64,000 bases of DNA from Candidatus Nomurabacteria bacterium RIFCSPHIGHO2_01_FULL_37_25 (GCA_001786765.1 MFTH01000015.1:1548-65547); one strand, 5' to 3'. Positions 1-9,886 are shown, numbered from the stretch's first letter. Notes: generated by a model from the sequence alone, not told the origin. A program made the numbers and translations.

Positions 1-16
1 CCAACTTGTTGATCTT

Positions 17-235
17 TTGATAGGTGCTGTGACTTATGATATTAAATTTTCTAAAAATCTCGTTGATGGGTCAAAATATAAGCTTGAAGTTGTTGATTAT
101 TTAAAGAGGAAACTGGGAGCAGATTCTTTTCTCAAAGGGTTTAAGAATCATAATTTTAATATCTTTGTAGACAAAACAGACCATTTAGATATAAGTCAAA
201 ATAATGAAGCAAATGAAAAGGGGCTATCGTCCTAA
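17..235 (+). CDS. hypothetical protein, possibly the 3' part of a gene that starts upstream of the window
   Basis: ORF runs from near the window edge; no recognisable motif; a hairpin terminator follows it. Confidence 0.3.
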   Translation: MIGAVTYDIKFSKNLVDGSKYKLEVVDYLKRKLGADSFLKGFKNHNFNIFVDKTDHLDISQNNEANEKGLSS

Positions 236-256
236 CGGTCGACGCCCCTTTTCTAT
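216..256 (+). terminator. rho-independent terminator-like hairpin (AAAAGGGGC..GCCCCTTTT) followed by a T-tract
   Basis: Inverted repeat 216-224/244-252 overlaps the stop codon of the upstream ORF, then TTTTCT. Confidence 0.5.
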
Positions 257-468
257 ACTGTATATTTAGTATATCAAGCGGTCGGTGTAAGTCAATAGTT
301 ATCCACAGTTTAATTTTATGGCACTACACAAAAATTTCCCAAAAGACCCATTTGTGATAAAAATGGCAACAGGCGCGGGCAAGACCACAGCGAAAATAGC
401 TTGAATCGGTAGTCTCTCCCCAGCCGAGAAATTATTGGAATATAAAAGTAAAAAATAACGAAACGAAT

Positions 469-1758
469 ATGGCCAGAATTTGGAATCATTCGACAAAACT
501 CATGACAGGTAAACACAAACAATCATCCTTCGACTACGCTCAGGACAGGAATACCCCTCTTAAACCCCATACCAGTTCGCTACGGGGCAAGCGAAAAGTC
601 TTCGTAGCAATATCAGGAGGGGTAGATAGCGCAGTTTCTGCGGCTTTACTTTTGAAAAAAGGTTACGAAGTCGTCGGGGTTTTTATTAAGACTTGGCACC
701 CGGATTTTTTAGAGTGTAACGAAGAAGAAGAGCGACGCGACGCTATGCGTATAGCGGCTCATTTAGACATTCCATTTTTGACTTTTGATTTCGAAGATGT
801 CTATAAAAAAGAAGTGGCGGATTATATGATTTCTGAATATAAAAAGGGGCGAACGCCAAATCCGGATGTAATGTGCAATAAAGAAGTAAAATTTGGCGCA
901 TTTCTTAAAAAAGCTATTTCAATGGGGGCAGATTTTGTGGCGACTGGGCATTATGCTCGTAATGAAAATTCAAAGAATTTTCCCGCCTTCGCCCTCGGAG
1001 ACATAGGACAGGGGACCCACGGCTCCCAAAATTCTTTGAATTTTCATTTACTAAAAGGTATTGATTTTTCTAAAGATCAAAGTTATTTTTTATGGACATT
1101 AAAACAAGAACAATTAAAAAAAATCTTATTCCCAATTGGGCATTTAAAAAAAATAGAAGTTCGTAAATTAGCTAAAAAATTTAATTTACCAGTAGCAGTA
1201 AAAAAGGATAGTCAAGGGATATGTTTTTTAGGCGATATAAATTTAAAAGAATTCTTAAAACATTATATTAAAGAAAAAAGAGGAAAAGTGCTTAACGAAA
1301 AGAGAGAAGTAATAGGATATCATAATGGGGTAGTTTTTCACACACTTGGAGAACGACATGGTTTTAGCATTACCAAAAAAAATCCAAATGATGGGCCGTA
1401 TTATATAATCGGTAAAAATATTAAAAAAAATATTCTGATAGTTTCGCAAAACAAAAATTTAATAAATTCCCCCGCCTTCGCCCTCGGAGACATAGGACAG
1501 GGGACCCACGGCTCCTCAAATTTATTAAATTTTGTTTTCCTGATAAAAAATGTAAATTGGATTCACGAAACACCAAAATTAAATAAAACTTACACAGCTC
1601 AAATTCGTTATCATGGAGAATTACTTTCTTGTAAGGTAAAAATTACTGGCAAAACAAAAGCAGAGATTGTTTTTCAAAAGCCAATATTAGTCGCTTCCGG
1701 TCAATCTTGCGTCATCTATGATGGGGATATTTGTTTAGGTGGAGGAGTGGCGCATTAA
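469..1758 (+). CDS. mnmA: tRNA-specific 2-thiouridylase MnmA
   Basis: PP-loop motif VFVAISGGVDSAV, C-terminal MnmA-like region; 429 aa is longer than typical because of two inserted repeats. Confidence 0.85.
   Translation: MARIWNHSTKLMTGKHKQSSFDYAQDRNTPLKPHTSSLRGKRKVFVAISGGVDSAVSAALLLKKGYEVVGVFIKTWHPDFLECNEEEERRDAMRIAAHLDIPFLTFDFEDVYKKEVADYMISEYKKGRTPNPDVMCNKEVKFGAFLKKAISMGADFVATGHYARNENSKNFPAFALGDIGQGTHGSQNSLNFHLLKGIDFSKDQSYFLWTLKQEQLKKILFPIGHLKKIEVRKLAKKFNLPVAVKKDSQGICFLGDINLKEFLKHYIKEKRGKVLNEKREVIGYHNGVVFHTLGERHGFSITKKNPNDGPYYIIGKNIKKNILIVSQNKNLINSPAFALGDIGQGTHGSSNLLNFVFLIKNVNWIHETPKLNKTYTAQIRYHGELLSCKVKITGKTKAEIVFQKPILVASGQSCVIYDGDICLGGGVAH
982..1026 (+). repeat. GC-rich 45-nt repeat copy 1, in frame inside mnmA
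   Basis: cccgccttcgccctcggagacataggacaggggacccacggctcc is identical to the copy at 1472-1516; encodes PAFALGDIGQGTHGS. Confidence 0.8.
1472..1516 (+). repeat. GC-rich 45-nt repeat copy 2, in frame inside mnmA
   Basis: Identical 45-mer, with flanking AT-rich similarity to copy 1 (aatt..caaatt..aatttt). Confidence 0.8.
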
Positions 1759-1800
1759 TCTTTCTTTTTTATTTTTTTTATTATACAATCTTAGGATGCA

Positions 1801-1921
1801 ATCCCGTTAGAAGCTGCAGTAGCAATTTTATTCATAAATCATGTTTATAAAAAATATAAAATTTACTAATATAATCAGGCATAGTTGCAATTTACTGACT
1901 GCGACTTGCTTCTAACGGGAT
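1801..1921 (+). repeat. Family A palindromic element (ATCCCGTTAGAAGC...GCTTCTAACGGGAT), copy A1
   Basis: 14-bp terminal inverted repeats plus internal extended stem; flanked by direct repeat ggatgcaatcc (1794-1804 and 1918-1928); right end overlaps the alaS ATG. Confidence 0.8.
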
Positions 1922-3701
1922 GCAATCCAATGAAATAAGATCAAGATTTTTAAAATTTTTTGAAAATCGTGGACATAAAATAATTCCTTCGGCTTCGCTT
2001 GTTCCTCACAATGACCCTTCTGCGCTTTTTAATACGGCTGGAATGCAACCTCTAGTGCCTTATTTAATGGGACAAAAACATCCGACAGGAAAGCGTATTG
2101 CAGACGTGCAGAAATGCGTGCGCACAGGAGATCTGGATGATATTGGCGACAACAGGCATCTTTCTTTTTTTGAAATGATGGGCAACTGGTCTCTTGGAGA
2201 TTATTTTAAGGAAGATGCTATCAAGTGGAGTTACGAATTTTTGACTTCAAAAAAAGAAGGTCTTGGGCTTGATCCAAACCGGCTTTATTTTACAGTTTTT
2301 GAAGGAAATGAAAATGCGCCATATGATGAAGAATCAAAAAAAATTTGGATGAATTTGGGAATTCCAGAACATCGTATTTATGCGCTTCCAGCAGATGACA
2401 ATTGGTGGAGTCCGGGAGACAATGGTCCATCAGGCCCGTGTAGTGAAATGTTTTATGATATGGTAGGTGATGTGGGTGACATAAATCATAAAGAATTTTT
2501 GCTCGCAATTAAAGAAGAGCATGTAGTCGAAATCTGGAATGATGTGTTCATGGAATACGAAAAGAAAAATGGAAAAGTTGTTGGTAAATTAAAACAAAAA
2601 AATGTTGATACTGGCGCTGGACTTGAGAGAATTACAGCGGTGATGCAAGGCAAAAAAACTGCTTATGATACGGATTTATTTAAACCTGTAATGGAAATCA
2701 TAAAAGCCAAATCAAAAAATTACAATGCTAAATCGGCTCGTATAATCGCAGACCATTTGCGCGCTAGTATTTTTATAATTTCCGAAGGCGTATTGCCTTC
2801 TAATAATGGTAGAGAATACATATTGCGTCGTCTATTGCGCAGGGCTGTTAGGCATGCGGATAATATTGGTTTTCCAGAGAATAAACTTGCTCTTAGTTTG
2901 GCAGTGATATTCATAAAACAGTACGCTGAAATTTATCCAGAATTAAAAGAAAAAAAAGATTTAATCACAGGGCAGATTCTAAAGGAAGAAAACAGATTCA
3001 GGGAAACATTGTCTAAAGGTTTAAAAGAATTTGGAAAAGGCACAGATCCGTTTATTTTATTTACGACTTATGGTTTTCCAATAGAACTCACTCTTGAACT
3101 TGCAAAAGAAAAAGGAGTAAAAATTAATATTGAAGATTTTAATAGAAAGATGATAGAACATCAGAAACTTTCTCAAACTGCATCAGCAGGGATGTTTAAG
3201 GGGGGATTAGCGAATCATAATGAAAAGACAATCAAGCTTCACACCGCGCACCATTTGCTTTTGGCCGGACTTCAAAGTGTTGTAGATAAAAATGTAAAAC
3301 AGCGAGGCAGTAATATCACTGAAGAAAGGTTGCGAATAGATTTCACTTGTGACCATAAATTGACCGAGGAAGAAAAGAAAAAGGTGGAAGATTGGGTAAA
3401 TGATAAAATTAAACGGGGGTTAAATGTCGTGCGTAAAGAGATGCCACTTAAAGATGCAGAAAAAATTGGAGCAGAAATGGAATTTGGCGCTAAATACACA
3501 GATATAGTGTCTGTGTATTTTATAGAAGATAAAGCTGGCAATATTGTGTCAAAAGAATTTTGCGGTGGTCCGCATGTCAAGAATACGACAGAATTGTATT
3601 CTTCATTACGAGAAAAATCTGGGGATAATAGCCCATTTAAAATTCAAAAAGAAGAAGCAGTAGCGCAAGGAATTCGACGCATCAAAGCTGTACTTTTGTG
3701 A
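1920..3701 (+). CDS. alaS: alanyl-tRNA synthetase, short form lacking the C-terminal C-Ala domain
   Basis: N-terminal class II core (FNTAGMQP), editing-domain HxxxH (HTAHHLL) and GGPHV; only 593 aa. Confidence 0.85.
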   Translation: MQSNEIRSRFLKFFENRGHKIIPSASLVPHNDPSALFNTAGMQPLVPYLMGQKHPTGKRIADVQKCVRTGDLDDIGDNRHLSFFEMMGNWSLGDYFKEDAIKWSYEFLTSKKEGLGLDPNRLYFTVFEGNENAPYDEESKKIWMNLGIPEHRIYALPADDNWWSPGDNGPSGPCSEMFYDMVGDVGDINHKEFLLAIKEEHVVEIWNDVFMEYEKKNGKVVGKLKQKNVDTGAGLERITAVMQGKKTAYDTDLFKPVMEIIKAKSKNYNAKSARIIADHLRASIFIISEGVLPSNNGREYILRRLLRRAVRHADNIGFPENKLALSLAVIFIKQYAEIYPELKEKKDLITGQILKEENRFRETLSKGLKEFGKGTDPFILFTTYGFPIELTLELAKEKGVKINIEDFNRKMIEHQKLSQTASAGMFKGGLANHNEKTIKLHTAHHLLLAGLQSVVDKNVKQRGSNITEERLRIDFTCDHKLTEEEKKKVEDWVNDKIKRGLNVVRKEMPLKDAEKIGAEMEFGAKYTDIVSVYFIEDKAGNIVSKEFCGGPHVKNTTELYSSLREKSGDNSPFKIQKEEAVAQGIRRIKAVLL

Positions 3702-3713
3702 TACAATTAAGCG

Positions 3714-4913
3714 ATGGGAATTTTTTCGAGAAATAAAGAAAAAAGCAAATTAGTTCTGGTTTTTGATATTGGTTCTTCTTCTGTCGGGGGAACACTTTTT
3801 TATATGGAGAAGTCCAGAATTCCTAAAATAATTATGTCCCTCCGTGAGCCCATAATTTTACAAAAAACTCTTAATATTGATAAGTTTTTATCTTCAACCG
3901 CAAAATCTCTCGATATTGTCGTTAATAAAATTTATAAAGCAGGTATCGGGAAACCCGAAGCGATTTTTTGTGTTCTTTCGTCGCCTTGGCATGTTTCTCA
4001 AATTAGAGTTATCAGACTTGAAAAAAATACACCTTTCATTTTTACTACCAAGCTAGCTGATGATTTAATTCAAAAAGAAATAGCTCTTTTCAAAGAAGAG
4101 TATTTAGCAAAATATTTACACACAGAAAGCCCGGTGAGATTAATTGAATTCAAAAATATCAAAACAATGCTAAATGGCTATGAAACACTAAGTCCCCTAG
4201 AACAAAAAACTAAAGAATTTGAAATGACTATTTTTATTTCAGTTAGCTCAGAGTATATTTTAAAAAAAATAGAAGAAACAATCAGAAAATATTTTCATTT
4301 TAAAAATGTAAAATTCTCTTCTTTTACACTGTCTTCTTTTGCGGTAGCGCGTGATATAGATATTAACCAAAAGAATTTTCTTTTAATTGATATTGGCGGG
4401 GAAGTAACAGATATTTCTATGATAAAAAAGAATGCATTACATGAATCAATTTCTTTTCCATTAGGTCGTAATTTTATAGTACGAAAAGTTGCGTCCGCCT
4501 TAAGTTGTTCGCTTAGTGAAGCGCAATCATACATTTCTCTTTTACAAGACGGACATGCGACTGATTTTATGACAAAAAAACTTAAACCAGTTATAAATAA
4601 ATTCCAATTAGAATGGTTGTATGAGTTCCAGAAATCTTTAGCCAATCTTTCTAGTGATATTTTTATTCCCGCGACTATTTATCTGACTACAGATAAAGAC
4701 TTACTAGATTTTTTTCGTCAAACAATTGAAGCTGAACAGTTTAATCAATATACCTTAACCGAATCAAAATTTAAAGTTATTTTTTTGAGCGCGGAAGTTT
4801 TTCGTAATATGGTGGTATTTGGAAATGGTGTAATTCGTGACCCTAGCCTGATTATTGATTCTATTTATATAAATCGGTTTTTAACTGACTCCGTTTTATC
4901 GGAGCGAGTATAA
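3714..4913 (+). CDS. actin-like ATPase, PilM/FtsA-like (putative)
   Basis: N-terminal LVFDIGSSSVGG phosphate-1-like motif; length about 400 aa; weak call. Confidence 0.35.
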   Translation: MGIFSRNKEKSKLVLVFDIGSSSVGGTLFYMEKSRIPKIIMSLREPIILQKTLNIDKFLSSTAKSLDIVVNKIYKAGIGKPEAIFCVLSSPWHVSQIRVIRLEKNTPFIFTTKLADDLIQKEIALFKEEYLAKYLHTESPVRLIEFKNIKTMLNGYETLSPLEQKTKEFEMTIFISVSSEYILKKIEETIRKYFHFKNVKFSSFTLSSFAVARDIDINQKNFLLIDIGGEVTDISMIKKNALHESISFPLGRNFIVRKVASALSCSLSEAQSYISLLQDGHATDFMTKKLKPVINKFQLEWLYEFQKSLANLSSDIFIPATIYLTTDKDLLDFFRQTIEAEQFNQYTLTESKFKVIFLSAEVFRNMVVFGNGVIRDPSLIIDSIYINRFLTDSVLSERV

Positions 4914-4917
4914 TTTT

Positions 4918-6249
4918 ATGTCAAAATATTTACTGCAAGATATGATAAAAGCAAAAAATGCAAATCAGCAGACGCAAATACCTCAAAAAAAGGCTCGTTT
5001 TGACACTGTATTGTCAATAAAAAATTCTGCAAGAAACAATACAGATAATGTTTCGAGGGGGCAAGTAAATGGAACGCGGTACACACTTTGGTCTGTGGCA
5101 ATTATATCAATAATATTTTTTCTTTTTTCTCTTTCGTATTTATTTTTGAGCGCAGTGGTTACAGTAAATCCTAAAATACAAGAGATAACTTTGAACGAAA
5201 GTTTATCTGCTACCAAAGACTCCAATAAGGATGGTTTATTTTTCAATTTACTAGTAGACAATGTTTCTGGAGAAGAGAAGAGAGATATTCAAGCGAATGA
5301 GCAAAAAGATGTTTCAAATAAAGCCGTAGGCACTGCTGTCATTTTTAATTTTTTTAGTTCTTCTCCTCAAAGACTTTCCATAGACACAAGGCTTGAAGGT
5401 TCAAATGGTAAAATTTATAAAACACAGAAACAGTTAATCGTGCCGGGAATGAAAAATGACACTCCCGGGTCTATAGAAGTGGACATTTATGGAGCTGAAG
5501 CGGGCGAAGAATATAATAGTGGTCCGCTTGATTTTTCCATTTTTGGTTTTAAAGGAAGCCCTAAGTATTCTAAGTTTAAAGTGAGGACAAAGACTGGAAC
5601 AAAAATAACTGGTGGATTTATTGGAAAAGTTAATGTTATATCTGATACTGATAAGGCAGCTATTTTGACCGAATTAAATTCATCTCTTAAAACAAAGCTT
5701 TTAGCTAAAGCTACCAATCAGATTCCACCCGGTTTTATTCTTTTTAAAGATGCTATTTTTTTGAATACTGAAGAACCCATTATTTCTCTTACCCCGGATC
5801 AAAATAATAATTTTACAATAACACTCAAAGGCACTCTTTTCGGTTTTTTGTTGAATGAACAAAAATTGACACAAAAAATCGCGCAAGACAATATTGATAA
5901 ATATGATGGCAGTGACGTGTATATATCAAATATTAGAAATTTAACTTTTTCTATTTCTACCGTGCATGCGCAAGAATGGCAGACGAACCTTTCTGATAAA
6001 AAAAATATTCCTGTTGAAAATTTACAAAAGATAGATTTTAATTTATCTGGTGTTGCAAAAATCGTTTGGAAATTAGATGAGAATCAGCTGATAAATGATT
6101 TCTTGGGAAAATCAAAAAAAGATTTCAACCAAATACTATCAGAATATGACAACATTGATTCTGCTAATTTAAAAATCAGTCCTTTTTGGAAAACTTCTTT
6201 GCCTGATAAAATAAAAAATATAAAAATAATTATAAACTATCCTAAGTAA
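4918..6249 (+). CDS. membrane-anchored hypothetical protein (one N-terminal TM helix)
   Basis: Hydrophobic segment YTLWSVAIISIIFFLFSLSYLFL after a polar N-terminus; no recognisable catalytic motif. Confidence 0.4.
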   Translation: MSKYLLQDMIKAKNANQQTQIPQKKARFDTVLSIKNSARNNTDNVSRGQVNGTRYTLWSVAIISIIFFLFSLSYLFLSAVVTVNPKIQEITLNESLSATKDSNKDGLFFNLLVDNVSGEEKRDIQANEQKDVSNKAVGTAVIFNFFSSSPQRLSIDTRLEGSNGKIYKTQKQLIVPGMKNDTPGSIEVDIYGAEAGEEYNSGPLDFSIFGFKGSPKYSKFKVRTKTGTKITGGFIGKVNVISDTDKAAILTELNSSLKTKLLAKATNQIPPGFILFKDAIFLNTEEPIISLTPDQNNNFTITLKGTLFGFLLNEQKLTQKIAQDNIDKYDGSDVYISNIRNLTFSISTVHAQEWQTNLSDKKNIPVENLQKIDFNLSGVAKIVWKLDENQLINDFLGKSKKDFNQILSEYDNIDSANLKISPFWKTSLPDKIKNIKIIINYPK

Positions 6250-6251
6250 TC

Positions 6252-6388
6252 ATGAATTACGAAACTCGTCGAAGGCATGTCTTTTTTAGGGGGTTTCGAG
6301 GCTGTCGAGCCGAGAACTTCAGGATTTTTCAAGCTTCGAAAAATCCGTACCCTAGAAAAAGACATGCCTAGAAAGAGTTTCGTAATTC
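6252..6388 (+). repeat. Family B MITE-like element, copy B1 (full length)
   Basis: Terminal inverted repeats gaattacgaaactc/gagtttcgtaattc; internal core ggggtttcgaggctgtcgagccga shared with four other loci. Confidence 0.75.
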
Positions 6389-6487
6389 AAAGTAAGTAAA
6401 ATATATCTCTTCTTGCGTTTGTGCTTTGTTTATATTGTGATATGATATAAATATGAAAAAGAGGAAAATAAAAGGTAAAATATTTTC

Positions 6488-6754
6488 ATGAGCGACCACA
6501 AGAATGAAAAATTGTTAATTGTTAAGGGAGCTATAACCGAAGCTTTACCCTCTACTTTATTTAAAGTGAAAATACTTACTAATAATGCTCCGCATAACAA
6601 TGCAAACTCCGAAGATAAAGAAAAAGAGCAGGAAATTTTAGCTTACCTTTCAGGGAAAATGCGTATGCATAGAATTAAAGTTTTAATTGGGGATTTAGTC
6701 GAAATTGTGCTTGATCCTTATGGAGGAAAGGGGAGGATAGTTAAAAGGTTGTAA
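6488..6754 (+). CDS. infA: translation initiation factor IF-1 with an internal ~18-aa insertion
   Basis: S1-like IF-1 signature ...LSGKMRMHRIKVLIGDLVEIVLDPYGGKGRIV; sits upstream of rpmJ-rpsM as in alpha operons. Confidence 0.8.
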   Translation: MSDHKNEKLLIVKGAITEALPSTLFKVKILTNNAPHNNANSEDKEKEQEILAYLSGKMRMHRIKVLIGDLVEIVLDPYGGKGRIVKRL

Positions 6755-6844
6755 TTTTTTTAAGAATAGTGTATTATGATGGAACGGTTTTAAAAAGAGT
6801 AATAGTATCCAAAAAATAAGGGTTTTTTCCTTGTTTTTTATTTT

Positions 6845-6955
6845 ATGAAAATTAAATCAGCGATAAAAAAAATTTGCGATAATTGTAAAGTTATCAGACG
6901 TCAAAGGCACTTAAGAGTGACTTGTTCTAATCCTAAGCATAAGCAAAAACAATAA
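6845..6955 (+). CDS. rpmJ: 50S ribosomal protein L36
   Basis: Not in the ORF track (37 aa); translation [36 protein letters not shown] matches the L36 zinc-ribbon pattern. Confidence 0.85.
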   Translation: MKIKSAIKKICDNCKVIRRQRHLRVTCSNPKHKQKQ

Positions 6956-6966
6956 TTTTATTTATT

Positions 6967-7347
6967 ATGAGAATACTTGGAATCACAATACCAAATGAAA
7001 AGAGGCTTGAAATCGGTCTGACTTGTCTTTATGGTATTGGTATTTCAAAAGCTCGTAAAATTTTAGATCAGTCTGGTATTGATCGTGGTCGTCGCGCAAA
7101 AGATTTAACTTTAGATGAAGAGAATAAAATTCGTATTGTAATTGAAGGAATTCTAATTGAAGGAAATTTAAAGAGAGAAATCGGAGCAAATATAAAGAGA
7201 ATAAAAGATATTAAAAGCTACCGAGGTATTCGTCATATAAAAAGATTGCCGGTTCGGGGACAAAGAACGAAAACAAATTCTAGAACTGTTCGGGGCAATG
7301 TCCGAAGGACAATGGCGTCAGGTAAAAGAAAAGAAAGCAAGACGTAA
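6967..7347 (+). CDS. rpsM: 30S ribosomal protein S13
   Basis: MRILGITIPNEKRLEIGLTCLYGIG, typical S13 N-terminus, and operon position. Confidence 0.9.
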   Translation: MRILGITIPNEKRLEIGLTCLYGIGISKARKILDQSGIDRGRRAKDLTLDEENKIRIVIEGILIEGNLKREIGANIKRIKDIKSYRGIRHIKRLPVRGQRTKTNSRTVRGNVRRTMASGKRKESKT

Positions 7348-7407
7348 AATATAAAAATCTTAGAGTATCAAGCAAATAGAAAAAGTTAAAGTCTAAAGCT
7401 TAAACAA

Positions 7408-7839
7408 ATGTCAAAAACTAAAACAACAGAAGAAATAAAAGTAGAAACTGAAACAGAAGCCAAAAAGGCTTCACCAAAAACACCTAAAAAGAAAGTAATT
7501 TCTGGCACTCTATCTATTGATGCTACTTTTAATAACACTAAAGTTCTTTTAGCGGATAAGACGGGTAATACATTGTTTTGGTCGAGCGCGGGAAGTTTAG
7601 GTTTTAGGGGAGCAAAAAAAGGAACTCCTTTCGCAGCTTCTAAAGTAGGTGATATTATTGGAGGTAAAGCCGCAATGCTTGGAATCAAAGATGTGAATGT
7701 AGTGGTTATGGGAGTTGGGTCTGGTCGTGAGCCTGCAATTAGAGCGTTTATGGCTCATGGAATGGAAATTACTTCTGTTGCTGACGCGACACCAGTTCCT
7801 CATAATGGACCGAAGGCTAAAAAACCTAGAAGGGTATAG
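7408..7839 (+). CDS. rpsK: 30S ribosomal protein S11
   Basis: Conserved S11 core (GTLSIDATFNNT..., GFRGAKKGTPFAA). Confidence 0.9.
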   Translation: MSKTKTTEEIKVETETEAKKASPKTPKKKVISGTLSIDATFNNTKVLLADKTGNTLFWSSAGSLGFRGAKKGTPFAASKVGDIIGGKAAMLGIKDVNVVVMGVGSGREPAIRAFMAHGMEITSVADATPVPHNGPKAKKPRRV

Positions 7840-7874
7840 AAGAATTATAAAATTATTAGAGTATAATTTTAAAA

Positions 7875-8480
7875 ATGTTAAGTAAACCAAAATTCAAAAT
7901 TTGCAGAAGGTTAGGCCCCGGTGTTTATGACAAGTGTCAAACTGCTAAATTTTCGGCTACCACTGGCAAGATGGCTTTGGCCGGCGCGCGTCGTCCTAAA
8001 GCCCCGACTGAATACGGCACACAGCTTATTGAAAAACAAAAAATAAGATTTTCATACGGAATTACTGAACGTCAACTCTCTAATTATGTTAAAAAGGCTT
8101 CTAGCGCCAAAGGCGCTGGCACCGCAGAAAAACTCTATGAAAGATTAGAATTTCGTCTTGATAATGCAATTTACAGAATGGGTCTCGGAGCAAGTCGTCG
8201 CGCTACCAGACAAATGGTTTCCCATGGGCATTTCATTGTTAATGATAAAAGGGTTACTATTCCGTCATATGAATTAAAATTTGGAGACATTATAAAAATT
8301 CGCGAAGGTTCTAAAGGAAAGAAAATTTTTAATAAAATAGCCGAAAATTTAAAAGATTACAATTCTCCAGCTTGGGTAAGTTTTGATATTAATAGCATGG
8401 AGGGGAAAATTTTAGATAAACCGAAAAATATGGAAGGTTTTATTGATCTTAATGCTGTGCTTGAATTTTATAGTCGTTAA
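7875..8480 (+). CDS. rpsD: 30S ribosomal protein S4
   Basis: S4 N-terminus (KFKICRRLG) and S4 domain; operon position. Confidence 0.9.
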   Translation: MLSKPKFKICRRLGPGVYDKCQTAKFSATTGKMALAGARRPKAPTEYGTQLIEKQKIRFSYGITERQLSNYVKKASSAKGAGTAEKLYERLEFRLDNAIYRMGLGASRRATRQMVSHGHFIVNDKRVTIPSYELKFGDIIKIREGSKGKKIFNKIAENLKDYNSPAWVSFDINSMEGKILDKPKNMEGFIDLNAVLEFYSR

Positions 8481-8538
8481 ATTATTCCACTAGAGGTGGA
8501 CAAGTATTATTAAAATTAAAAGTAACTTTATATAAATT

Positions 8539-9522
8539 ATGCCTGAATATAAAATTGTTATGCCTTCCAAACCTCGTATTTTAGTAGAGGAGGGAAATAA
8601 GGGAGTTTTTGAAATAGACGGTCTATATCCGGGGTATGGTCATACTCTAGGAAATAGTTTGAGGAGAATTATTCTTTCTTCACTACCGGGCGCTAGCCTC
8701 ACCTCTATCAAGATTGAAGGTGTAAATCACGAATTTCAAACGCTTGATGGAATCAAAGAAGATGTAATTGTGATGATTCTAAATTTAAAAAATATTCGTT
8801 TTAAGATGATATCTGATGAACCACAAGTAGTAACACTTTCTATTAAAGGTCCAAAAGAAGTTACAGCAGGACACATAACAACTGGTGGACAAGTAGAAAT
8901 TTTAAATCCCGAACTTCATATAGTGGAAGTTACTGGCAAAGTCAACTTAAATATTGAGATGAGAATTGAAAAAGGATTAGGATTTATTTCCAAAGAAATT
9001 TTTCAGAAAGAAAAAGTGGATGTCGGCACGATTGCTGTTGATGCTATTTTTACTCCCATTCGCCGAGTTTCTTATGAAGTTGAAAATATGCGTGTTGGTG
9101 ATAAAACTAACCACAATCGCTTAAGAATCTTGATTGAAACAGATGGAACACTAACACCACAGGAAGCGCTTTCGCAATCTATAGAAATTATGATAAACCA
9201 GTTAAAGGCTATTATTGATTTTAAAGAACCGGAAAAAATCAAAATTGGAAAAGATGAATTAAAAGAAGATGAAATGACTGGGGATATGGACAATGATATG
9301 AAAAAAGGGGCAGATTTTACTGATATTCTGAAAACTAGAACTGACAGTTTGGGTTTTTCTACTAGAACATTGAATGCTTTAACTGGCGCAAATATTCGCA
9401 CATTAGGAGGATTAGCCAGAAAGAAAAAAGAAGACTTGCTTGAAATTGAAGGTATTGGTGAAAAAGGAATTCATGAAATTAAAAAAGCGCTCAGTAAATT
9501 TGGGCTTAATTTAAAAGAATAG
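8539..9522 (+). CDS. rpoA: DNA-directed RNA polymerase alpha subunit
   Basis: N-terminal GHTLGNSLRRILLSSLPGA; C-terminal helix-hairpin-helix CTD. Confidence 0.9.
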   Translation: MPEYKIVMPSKPRILVEEGNKGVFEIDGLYPGYGHTLGNSLRRIILSSLPGASLTSIKIEGVNHEFQTLDGIKEDVIVMILNLKNIRFKMISDEPQVVTLSIKGPKEVTAGHITTGGQVEILNPELHIVEVTGKVNLNIEMRIEKGLGFISKEIFQKEKVDVGTIAVDAIFTPIRRVSYEVENMRVGDKTNHNRLRILIETDGTLTPQEALSQSIEIMINQLKAIIDFKEPEKIKIGKDELKEDEMTGDMDNDMKKGADFTDILKTRTDSLGFSTRTLNALTGANIRTLGGLARKKKEDLLEIEGIGEKGIHEIKKALSKFGLNLKE

Positions 9523-9531
9523 AAGAATAGT

Positions 9532-9885
9532 ATGAGACATAGCAATAACAAAAGAAAATTTGGTAGAGTTAAAAAAGTCAGGAATGCCTTGATTAATTCC
9601 TTGGCGCTTAATCTAATAGCGCGCGGAAAAATAAAGACGACTCTAGCTAAAGCTAAAGAAATGAGACCTTTTGTTGAAAAACTTGTGACTAGCGCCAAGC
9701 GTGGCGATATAGCTACTCGTCGACTTGTAATTTCATCACTTTCAAATCGAAGAAGCGAAGTCAAAAAACTTTTTGAAGTTATCGCGCCAAAGTACATAGA
9801 TAGAAAAGGAGGATACACAAGAATTTTAAAGTTGGGTCCGAGAATTTCAGACGGAGCTCAAATGGCAATTATAGAATTTATATGA
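9532..9885 (+). CDS. rplQ: 50S ribosomal protein L17
   Basis: MRHSNNKRKFGR... typical L17; follows rpoA. Confidence 0.9.
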   Translation: MRHSNNKRKFGRVKKVRNALINSLALNLIARGKIKTTLAKAKEMRPFVEKLVTSAKRGDIATRRLVISSLSNRRSEVKKLFEVIAPKYIDRKGGYTRILKLGPRISDGAQMAIIEFI

Positions 9886-9886
9886 T

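Noticed and set aside
299-522. Minus-strand ORFs of 65 and 68 aa overlapping the mnmA upstream region, and many other 60-120-aa antisense ORFs inside confident genes (e.g. 1255-1449, 2290-2508, 3272-3580, 4295-4645, 9072-9401, 13064-13384, 28548-28769, 53891-55093 plus-strand ORFs inside the 829-aa gene)
   Set aside because: They lie antisense to or out of frame with genes that have clear conserved motifs. They have low-complexity composition and lack RBS context. They are treated as spurious.
1794-1928. Reading copy A1 as an intron or intein-like element in alaS because of the 11-bp direct repeat containing ATG
   Set aside because: The element is upstream of the ORF, not within it, and there are no group I/II intron signatures. 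A palindromic insertion with a possible target duplication is more parsimonious.
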